DNA of 62,613 nucleotides, the filler included, from Choristocarpus tenellus KU-1152 (Eukaryota > Protista > Phaeophyceae), in the NCBI GenBank assembly GCA_964200185.2. It is 11 parts of 11 records of this genome, joined end to end, with 100 filler letters (N's around TTAATTAATTAA, not from the genome) between each part and the next. Parts side by side here need not be neighbours in the genome. Positions count along the whole stretch, not along the records: positions 50,436 to 54,116 come from CAXNAD020018544.1; positions 54,217 to 59,989 come from CAXNAD020009783.1; positions 60,090 to 62,613 come from CAXNAD020027074.1; 8 more parts are not named here. The stretch is one strand, 5' to 3'. Position 1 is the first letter of the stretch. Each line of letters opens with the position of its first letter. The notes below the pieces were generated by a model. That model was not told the DNA's origin and did no database searches. It saw nothing but the letters and a program-made list of their open reading frames with translations. Position numbers and translations under genes: made by a program. Below, piece after piece: positions 53,370-62,613 of the stretch.

Positions 53370-53956
53370 TACTGGTCACCCTCACACCGAAGCTTCAACC
53401 TATTTTAACCCAGAACTCCTCGCCCGCTGTCTGTGCTGCCGTAAACAAACAACTTGCTTCAGTTTCTGTGAGATACGGACCTCGATCATTCCAAAAAGCA
53501 ATGCATCAAAACCCGTTCGACCAGTCACATCTGTTCCCCAGTCTGTGGTTCGATCCCCACTTGATTTAGCCATAGACAGGGCGAGCAATAGAAGTCAACA
53601 CCATTCGGACAAAGACCTACCCCCATCGCTCAGCCCCCTGAGGAATGTCAAGGGTCGAAATAGACGGAAGCTAACACAGGCTACAGCAGAATGCTCTTTC
53701 GTCACGGGGCACCCACTAACTGTGCTGAAGATGGTTTGAATTTGCCCATCACCTTCGGGTGGTGTTTCCTGTTTTTTCCATTTTTTCTCTTTGGTAGTGA
53801 ATTTGTTTTGCTCACGAATTCTGGATTATTATTATTAGCTTATTCCTTGTTTGCCATTCCCCTATTCTCCATTCCTTTTCTTTCCCATGTATTCCTTCTT
53901 CTGACCAGCCCCTTGCAACCCCTTCGCCGCTGGTTTCCTATTTACCCCCCCATGAG

Positions 53957-54116
53957 GTGACCAACCAGTGCGACCCATTCGCCCATGATTCCAGTCACCC
54001 CCCACCTCTGATGACCAACCAGTGCGAATGCCCTTTGTCACTGATTTCCAGTCACCCCCCACCTCTGATGACCAACCAGTGCGAATGCCCTTTGTCACTG
54101 ATTTCCAGCCATCCCC
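53957..54116. repeat. 57-bp minisatellite, about 2.9 copies, running into the contig end
   Basis: Unit GATGACCAACCAGTGCGAATGCCCTTTGTCACTGATTTCCAG...CCACCTCT starts at 54010 and 54067, with a diverged unit from 53957. Confidence 0.9.
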
Positions 54117-54501
54117 NNNNNNNNNNNNNNNNNNNNNNNNNNNNNNNNNNNNNNNNNNNNTTAATTAATTAANNNNNNNNNNNNNNNNNNNNNNNNNNNN
54201 NNNNNNNNNNNNNNNNCAAGCCCATCCTCAATGAAAAGCTGAATCCTCAATTTTTGAAATCGGCTGTTTATAGTTGGAAAATCTTCTCCAGTACTGTAGT
54301 TGAACCAAAGTCCCAAGAATAGAACCTCAAACAGTATGTCGGTACATGTTACAGTAACACACAAAATGACAACCTGCTCTCCACATGCACTGTATATTAT
54401 AATAGCACGTATTATGAAGGTAGAGAATAAAATAAATACAGAACAATTTGCACTACTTACAGAAAAGGACTTCTAGTATAGTACACCAACATTTAGTTGT
54501 A

Positions 54502-56191
54502 CTACCTCTGTGGTATAAGTTTGTGCCGCGAAACATCTGGGGTCGCCAAGCGAGAACGACGCCGAATCGGACGATAACCCCACAGAATGAAATCGGGTTG
54601 ACAATCTCAGCTTTCAGAAAAGGTGGGGGTCGAGGATCATCAGGTCCAAGCTCGAGGTGCTTCGAGTCGTCAAAGTAGGGATCTTTTGGGTTGATTTTGA
54701 GGCCAGAACTGAGCACATCGAGGGTCAGAATGTTGGCATGGCAACCCCTGCCGACCCCCCTGTGTAGGAAGGATGCCCAAGTGTCCCTGAATACCAGGGT
54801 TACGCTTGCAGTGTGGCGTGCCCTCGCGATGGTCCCTGGTGAGCATAAACTGCGGCGACACATTGGGCTGGCCCTCGCAGTGGAGTTGGGAGTGTCCGAG
54901 CGTTACATGCGCAGGCTCTGGGAGGACGTCGGCGATCAGCTCGTCTGTGGCCACACGCTTGACCTAGGGGTGGCGGTATGTAGTGGGTGGCCTTTGGAGC
55001 TCACACCGACTAAGATGGCCGCAATACATAGTATCAGCTCCGATAATCGGTCATTCACAGAGCGTCAGGTGACAATGAAGATGGCCACAAAGGGGCTGAA
55101 TTATAGCACGAGCACCATAAACAGGTGGTTGGATGATATGGGGGCCATGCCGAATCGCTGCTGGATCAAACCCAAGCTTAAATCGTGGCAAAAGGTATGG
55201 AGAATTGGACTTTGTTTGCAATCACGTGGACCGTAAACGTGATGTGTACGCCTCCATGTTGAACACAATCTATGTGGATGAAACCGGGTTTTACGTGATG
55301 GCTGATGGGGTAAGGGTTAGGGTATTTCTGCATGAGGATGATAGTGACTTTCCAGGGTTCCCCACTGTGTAGCACAAGAGTTATATCCCCAAAATCATGA
55401 TCATTGCAGCCAATGCTCACCCAGATTCGGCTCACAGCTTTGATGGAAAGCTTGGTGTTTGGCGTGTGTGTCCGCCAAAAACAGCAGGCAGGATAAGCAT
55501 GAACCATAAAAAGGGTGTGTGTATGAGCAGGACTGTACTTTAGACCATTTGTGGTACAGGAAGTGGTACACAGAGGAGTTACTGCCTGCAATCAAGACTG
55601 AGATGCCTTGGTTGCAGGGGAAGCACGTTATCGTTCAGCAAGATGGTGCCACCCCCCACACAGACAAGGGCAACTCAGAAATCTTGTCAGGGGGAGGGAA
55701 GACTGAGGGGTGGTCGATTAGACTTGTGACACAGCCATCTAACTCACCCAACCTCAATATCATGGACCTGTGCTTCTTCAGGTCTTTGAAATACTGGATG
55801 ATGGGGTAGTGGTTTGGATCCATCGAGGAGATGGTAAAGGTCATTAAGAGACAGTATGAGGAGTATGATGAAACCACAGTTGAGAGGGTTTGGCAGCTCC
55901 TTTTTGTGGTGTACAATCAAGTACTTAGATACAAAGGGGGGAATGACTTCAGTGTGGAGCACACAGGGGTAAGGATGAGGCAGTTAACTGGTGAACTTGA
56001 AAACATGCCGAAGGTAGACATGAAGGCTTTTTCTGTGGGTGCTAAAATTTTGATGGATGGGGAGTAATAATAAAAAAAGAGCAGACCCTAACCAGAAATT
56101 CGTGAAGGATTCTAAATCTTCTTTCAGAAATTAATTTCAACATCTTGAAAATTTATGGACAACGCAGAACAGACTTATGGCACGGAGGTAG
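54502..56191 (+). mobile_element. Full-length Tc1/mariner DNA transposon (plant-mariner DD39D-like, here DD40D), 1690 bp
   Basis: TA|CTACCTCTGTGGTATAAGTTTGTGCCGCG ... CGCAGAACAGACTTATGGCACGGAGGTAG|TA gives a ~29-bp imperfect TIR, a TA TSD and a Stowaway-like terminus. Confidence 0.93.
54730..56067 (+). pseudogene. Mariner-like transposase pseudogene
   Basis: IKPKL, IYVDETGFY, HKSYIPKIMIIAA, FDGKLGVW, IVQQDGATPH, QPSNSPNLNIMDLCFFRSL and GGNDF are spread over several frames, with two frameshifts and two in-frame TAG stops. Confidence 0.92.
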
Positions 56192-59100
56192 TAAATACTT
56201 TACTGGACTGGATAACAAAAAAATATCGTAACACTGTACACACCATATATATTCTTATGCCCTCTAGAGATTTTACACATGTGTTAGAGAAAAAAAGTCA
56301 AAACATGATGACAAATATTGGTAGTACAACAATTTATACCCTCTCTGGCATATTTTAGATATGTATATTTGGGTGAAGGGGGAAAAAACAATATAAAAAA
56401 ACACCGTGACCAAAGCAGTGTTAGAACATTAGTACAACAATGTCAGAGGGTATAATAGTATGTACAGTAGTAGTAGTAGTAATAGTAGTAATTATCATCA
56501 ATCCTAAGAGACCTCTAAAAAATACTCCTGAAAACTAAGAAAAAAATGATGTCCTGTTCGACCTTGTTCTGTACTAGTGATGTTTACATACTAGTGCTTC
56601 TAACCTACATACGAGAACTTGGGTGAGAACCTAGGAAAGTATCTCAAGAATCTGTTAGGTTTCTTCTAACCCACCTGCCTGGTGGCTATAGCTTGAACGA
56701 CATGATGCGTGTCAAGAGAGCGACTTGTGCAATGATAGACACTATGTACGGCTTAAATGAAACTTGATTTGACAGCCCCTTTATGACAATACCCCCAGGC
56801 CCTGTCCCCCCTACTGCTTGGGTGGCCATCGTCATCTTCATAAAAGCAAAAAATGTTCTAGTAAGACTGTTCTGTTCCCCCCAAAAATAATTGATTCCTA
56901 AGTTAATTATGTGAGTTCACCCTTGCGTACACTAATCTTACTTACAACTCAAATACGTCCAGATGCGTGATGATGAGGAGTTTTCCCCACGCTTTTTGTT
57001 AAGCGCCTATTTTGCTTGGATACATCAGAGAAGAAGGAAATATATTCAAAACGTCGGGAAAAAAAAATACGAGGGGTTTTCAGGCTTTGAAAGGCGTTTA
57101 AACATATGGTACGTAGAAAGTTGTCTTACCTTACACGAGATCCCCCACGTCTTACACACATACCCACCTATTTAACACCTCAAGTTGAAGTCCCTTCCAC
57201 ATCACACTTCTCTTGATGGAAATCTGATTTTTGATAATCTAACGTCCATTCATCCACTGATGGGAAGCAAACAAGAATATGAAGCGTGCATCTTGTTGTG
57301 TATACATTATTATTACCAATCATTTTCATGTACAACTACTACTGCTGTTGTACCAGTTCTGTATGAGCTGGAAGCATTTGTTTGTAACAGTAGTAGTAAA
57401 CCGTACTATCAGTGGTATCTGAAGTTGAAAAATGTGACTAGAAATGGGAAGCTCCAAATGTAAGTAATGACTACTGTTGTTTTTCCAAGTAGAGTAAAAC
57501 ACACGCGCCAAAACAGACTCCTCTACTTTCAAAGCGCTGCTTCAATCATATTGAAGGTTCACCGCAACAAATGGGTGGGTTGGCAATCCCTTGTTGAGTA
57601 TATATGCAAATGTATGGAGTAACCGGGGGAGGTAGTTTAGAATTTCGTGATCGCTGCAGCAAGATATATCAACTGTAAATACAAGTTGGTTTGAACAGAC
57701 TAATTAATAGAGTATCTGTTCTTGTGTCTGTCGTCCTTTGATAGTTGTAGTATAATTGTATGTGAAAGACTTGCTATGTTGTGAATCGTAATAATTGAAT
57801 CGGTGCGATTCGATTAATTCTCGGTTTAATCAAAACCAAGAATCTTGGCAACAATTACATTCGATGGGGGGTGTTTCCCTGGAATGAGTAAAAAACAACT
57901 GAGAGGTAGGCAGGATTGCATTTGAAGTATCCGAGAAAGGGGAAAAAAATGTCATTGTGTGCAGCTGCAGAAAGAACCGTTGCTGAGTTGTGGTTTCACT
58001 TTGTGTGAGGAAAGGGGGAACGTCAATTTTGCGTACACTATTATTGTGCACATAAGCAATGAAATAGAGCATATTGCACAGGGTAAGGAAATGACTTAGA
58101 ATGCAAATAGGGTCCAAAACTGCCTATCCCTCAATTGGTTTGGCACAATATTCGTAGGAGAGTAGGACAAGCACAGGCACACAACCAACCACATAAGCAA
58201 CATATGAACATATCTAGGTCTGCATACTATGCCATGATGTGACAGGTACTCAGTGCGAGTAGGTACCTATACGAGTATGACGTCAACCTTCCTGCAGGAT
58301 ATGCCCTTCTGTGTGTGGATGATGATGACAAGGAAGGTAAAGCGTCAGGTGAAGACGCGGAATCTGCCTTGAAGGCACAGAGAGTAAGTCACCAACGGTG
58401 AAGTTGGGTCATCCCTGGAAGAGGAAGGACACCCTATCACAACCCGCCACTGCATAGATCGATGTTTGGAGTGTATGGCTGGTATTGCATTCAACGGGGA
58501 AGGGGGGAAAGATGTCATATGCTATATGCCATCCAGTGTGCAAGTGCGATCTTATCTGTTTCCGTTTTGGTACAGGGAGGGATACTGCCCGGTACTCTGA
58601 GGATGAGAAAAGATAGCCTAGGGGGTCAAGTGAAACCAGGTCCTGGCTACTTGTCTGGACCCCACAACCAATAAATCGTTACAGGCTTCCAGAGGTCAAG
58701 GACAATGAAGACATTTGTAGGCAGATGGAGTTGGAAGTTCTAGGTATTGTGACACGAGTCGTGGACATGGGATAATCAAAAGAAACATGAAAGAAGTCCG
58801 GGGACGATGGGGTTCGACCTCGAGAAATTAATTCAGGAAAAAAATGTCTAAACAATGAACTGGCAAAACATCTATGAAACCTAATATTGAAATAATCAAA
58901 AATTGTCACTGAACCAGAGATTGGTGGAAGTCAGTCATTGGCATTACTTCCAGCCTCCAACTTCTCACAGAAAATACTTGCAACCGATTTTTCCCCTTAC
59001 TTTTCGTCAGAAATCGGCGGCACTGGAATGTGGATCATAGTTTGTGGGATGTACAACAAGGTCCCCAGTAATCATCACCAACTCCACACAACTAACTGTC

Positions 59101-60369
59101 ACAACCACAATAATAGTTGTACCATAATATTATTATTTAATATTATCTCACTTTTTGTCTACAACTTCTCCACTACTCCACCCTAACTACCCCCCTTGAC
59201 CCATCCATGGTCAGACACCAGTGCACAATACATTATTTCTTCTACCCTACGAACTAACTATTCCACTAAAACAAATTGCACTGTCCAGTGCATTACTTCA
59301 TTTTTTCTCACACATTGGGTTCAGCAGTCCCACCACACGTCCCTCCGTCTCTTCCCTCGAAATCCCGTGCGTACTCGTCCCATCCGCAATTGATCTTCTC
59401 CATTGTTAAGGGTGAAAAAGTGAGTGGCGAGCCAATAGATGGGCAATAAACGATAGGAAACGGGCCATACTCTGTGGTTGGTAGGTGCTACTACCTACAT
59501 TGTATTGAAGGGCAGGTTGAATTTCTGTAATGTATGTGGGAAGATGCTGCAGAATCCTCGTCTATGCGCGCAAGCACTCAACGCTGTTGTTGCGGAGGAT
59601 TAACCTCTCTACTCTAAAGGGAACTATACAGAGGTTAGAAAGTGGGCTCTGGTGTAGAGTTCAGGTCACGGCCAGCCTCCAAGCCCCAACACTAAGGTGT
59701 TGGGTGTTAAAACATAGGCCACTCTCTTCTCGCGAATAGATACAGTTTGCTACTACCAACTAGTGTTGACTGTTGATTCGTCCACTAGTACTGGTCGAAT
59801 AGTGTGTAGGCAGATAGATCACGCATGTATTGCTCTGTGTGATATAAGAGAATGAGTTAGTGTTGCAATATGTGTAACTTTAGTACGCCTGATCCTTGGA
59901 ATTCGTATATATCGTTCAACATACAAACTCAGTATGTGTACACATGAGTTGACTCAGAATTAGATTAAGGGCTCAAATTATCTGGGGGGNNNNNNNNNNN
60001 NNNNNNNNNNNNNNNNNNNNNNNNNNNNNNNNNTTAATTAATTAANNNNNNNNNNNNNNNNNNNNNNNNNNNNNNNNNNNNNNNNNNNNCCTGGCACGTA
60101 CACCCCCCCCCCCCAGCACAACCCACCCCTTCTACCCAGAAACAGCCCCCAGCTGTACCACTCTTCCTGGCACAACTGGAACACTATGACTACTGACCAG
60201 TATCTTTGCCTCTTTTCCCTGGGCGCAGACCACCCAACCCCCCCCCTGTCCCCTTCCTCTTGTTGCTGCTCATGTACTTGGGCAATTAAGTCGCAGATGT
60301 TCTCTTTTTGAATGGCATAACCCCTACGTGTTTATGCTGTAGCAATGTGGCTACATACTAGTGGGGATA

Positions 60370-60950
60370 TGTTACAGGGTGGAAGTCTCGGTAGGACCTC
60401 CATGTTACAGCGTGCCCCTGAACTCACCTCCACAGGATGTGTAACTCAAATCCAACGACCTTAAGACGACGCTATGGGGACGTTGCCCTTGGTAACATTT
60501 TGTAGGGTGTCAGATCTCTCTTGATATTCCACTCAGTGCTTAGCTCAAAGCTTGACTCAAAGTTTCATTGAAGATAAAAAAAAAACTGATAAAGAGAGGT
60601 AAAAGTGTTTTCACTAAAAGCCCTCTTTATTATTTTCATCATCCACCCAATTTCTTTGGTCTTCTATGCAACTGCTCTATATGTGCTCCAATCATAAACT
60701 CTGCAACTTCTTAGGAACTTTGACATTTTCTTCTGTAATGTGTGATTCTGTAGGCTACCTATGTGTTACTAATATCGTATTTTATTCGCACTTGTTAGTA
60801 CGTGAGAAACAATCCTCCCACTATACGTCTGTCACAAACGTTCATGTTTGCTCTTAGCATGACAAGAAATGCTCGCGCTATTCGCGTGTAACAAATGCTC
60901 GCACTTTGCTAGAACACAAGAAGAAATGCTCGCGCTATTCGCCTGTAACA
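60370..60950 (-). mobile_element. Collapsed LTR element: LTR 60950-60403, PBS 60402-60385 and a short LTR-end remnant, flanked by TSD GATA
   Basis: GATA|TGTTACA ... TGTAACA|GATA, with a second TGTTACA at 60403 next to the PBS. The LTR aligns over its length with 61053-61514. Confidence 0.85.
60385..60402 (-). promoter_or_regulatory. Primer binding site complementary to the 3' end of tRNA-Gln
   Basis: The plus strand reads GTCTCGGTAGGACCTCCA, matching the conserved eukaryotic tRNA-Gln end (CTCGGTRGRACCT-CCA). A 14-nt match recurs at 52912-52925. Confidence 0.8.
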
Positions 60951-61052
60951 GATACTCTACTCTTTCCCCCACAGTTCAGCCCCCAATTGTTACCCACTCA
61001 TCTCATTGCACCCTTTTTAGTACCCCATTCGGCCAAAGAAAGATAGCAGTAG

Positions 61053-61514
61053 TGTTACAACACGCTCCAGAACTCACCTCCACAGGATGTGAAACTCAAA
61101 CCCAACGACCTTAAAACGAGGCTATAGGGGTGTTGCCCCTTGGTAACAGTTCGTTGGGTGTCAGACGTTCTTCTCTCGATGTTTCACTCAGTGCTTAGCT
61201 TAAAGCTGGACTTAATGTTTCACTCAAGATTAAAGAACTGAACGAGGGGTAACGGATCGTGTCCAAAAGCCTTTTATTTATTTTCATCCACCCAATTTAT
61301 GTAGACTGTAAGCTAAAGACATCTACAAACTGCTGTATACATACTCCAATCATAAAGCTTTGTTCTGCAACTTCTGGGAATTTTGGCGTTTCTTCTGTAA
61401 GGGTACGTATGCATCACGAAACTTACTCTACATCATATAAGAAATAAGCATTTATTCTGTAAGGCTACTTATGTGCTACTAATCTCGTACTGCTTGCCCT
61501 ATTCGCCTGTAACA
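61053..61514 (-). mobile_element. Solo LTR, 462 bp, TSD GTAG
   Basis: GTAG|TGTTACA ... TGTAACA|GTAG with no PBS. Homologous to 60403-60950. Confidence 0.9.
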
Positions 61515-61959
61515 GTAGTCCATTCTGGTTTTTGCAAGTGAGACACAGGATAGGATCATCGCTCAGTAGCATTTTTGCATTATGTTCCTCTGAGTGTATG
61601 TGACTCTCTTGATGGGTGAAATTGTGTTGACAAACCGTGAAGAAATTATTTGCAGCTTAAGTTGCTGAGACGGAGTACACAAGAGGAAATTCTTGCAAGG
61701 GACGCCCCGGAGAAATAGAAACATCTTCACCACACGGTAGTAATCTGAGACACAGGTGCAGACACAGCAACAGAGATGGAGCGCAGCCTACACTCCCACC
61801 TATGTCACCTGGATTCTGGAGCTCTAACTGTTGGAACACTAGTAAACCCCTGAGCTACCGAGCATATAGTCAGCTGAGTTCCAACAAAAGCTACTCCCGG
61901 GGATCGCAAGTTGCTAGACTTGTTGAGGTTTCGCCCAAGGGTAGCTATCCCTCTAATCA

Positions 61960-62613
61960 GTGACCGGAGTCGACTATAAAGGAGGTGAGTTCGGTTGGTT
62001 GCGGATCTTGGACTGGGGTGGTGTGATGTGTTGTGATGGTGGAAAAGCAGTAGGAGTAGTGGCCAGTTGCATCTTGGCCCCAGCCATCTGATGGTGCTGA
62101 GGTAGTGATGGAAGTGGTAGCAGTCTGGTTGGGAATGGTGGGTGGTTGGTGGTGAAAGGTAGCGTTTTGGGCGCGGCATTCTTGGTCAGTGTGTGTGGAT
62201 GACATGTGAAAGGAGCACCACATGCCAATGGATGAGTGGGGGGTGTAGTTTGGTGGGGTGTGAGCAGGTGGGAGTGGTCCTGAAGCAGGGGAATGGTTGG
62301 GGCAGCGGTGAGATGGTGGTGACCAGGTTGCTTGCAGCGGCGGCAGAGGCGTGTCTTGGCGGACAGAGCAAGGTTAGGAGCACTGTCAGTGGAGGAGTCA
62401 GCCAGATTCAGGTCGTTGTTGTACGATTCAGGAATGGCTGTAGTGAGGTCCTCAGTGGAGTACTCTGACTGGAAACATACTTGGCTGCGAAGCGCATCGT
62501 AGTCAGGCAAAAGTCCAGAGATTATTGCAGCCCGCAGGCGAAAATCACTGATGGTTTCACCGAAGCCTTCCAATTCCGCCTTGGCCTTGTAGGGTCGTAG
62601 GAGCCATTGATCG
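61960..62613 (-). mobile_element. Ty1/Copia-like gag-protease fragment, decayed
   Basis: LEGFGETISDFRLRAAIISGLLPDYDALR (Copia gag-like), zinc-knuckle start CRRCKQPGH, WCSFHMSSTHTDQEC and protease-like FIVDSG in a second frame. Confidence 0.75.

Noticed and set aside
53540-53572. tRNA gene or SINE head (GTGGTTCGATCCCCAC...CCA)
   Set aside because: Only a B-box-like hairpin. No A box, D arm or acceptor stem could be built.
53957-54116. CRISPR-like array
   Set aside because: Units repeat in full without unique spacers, the context is eukaryotic and no cas genes are present. It is a minisatellite.
58100-58680. Protein-like stretch (YEYDVNLPAGYALLCVDDDDKEG...)
   Set aside because: No recognisable motif, boundaries or consistent exon chain. 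It may be a TE relic, but I cannot support that.

Overview
Eukaryotic nuclear DNA, not prokaryotic. Genes are intron-rich (GT-AG, one GC-AG) and some carry ASAFAP-like plastid presequences, with TTAGGG-type motifs in introns. I infer a photosynthetic stramenopile, probably a brown alga or close relative. The window is 11 short contigs joined by ten artificial 100-nt spacers (N44-TTAATTAATTAA-N44), so adjacency across spacers means nothing. Genes built by hand from phase-consistent exons: a gamma-butyrobetaine/trimethyllysine dioxygenase-like gene (partial), choline-phosphate cytidylyltransferase (partial), an 11-exon EF-hand-like/coiled-coil gene (partial), an ankyrin-repeat gene (partial), a complete plastid-targeted HAD hydrolase, and several unknown first exons. 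Mobile DNA: an abundant MITE group sharing a G(A/G)(G/C)(T/C)CAAAGTA terminus with 4-bp TSDs in its best-preserved copies (Sola-like); a Ty3/Gypsy family with tRNA-Gln PBS, 4-bp TSD and a WLDD RT motif; a full-length decayed DD40D mariner; and a Copia gag-protease fragment. The best novelty candidate is five phase-linked exons joining an FTR1 iron-permease-like C-terminal segment to what looks like the first transmembrane segment of a cellulose synthase. All protein identities come from motif recognition by eye; no searches were run.
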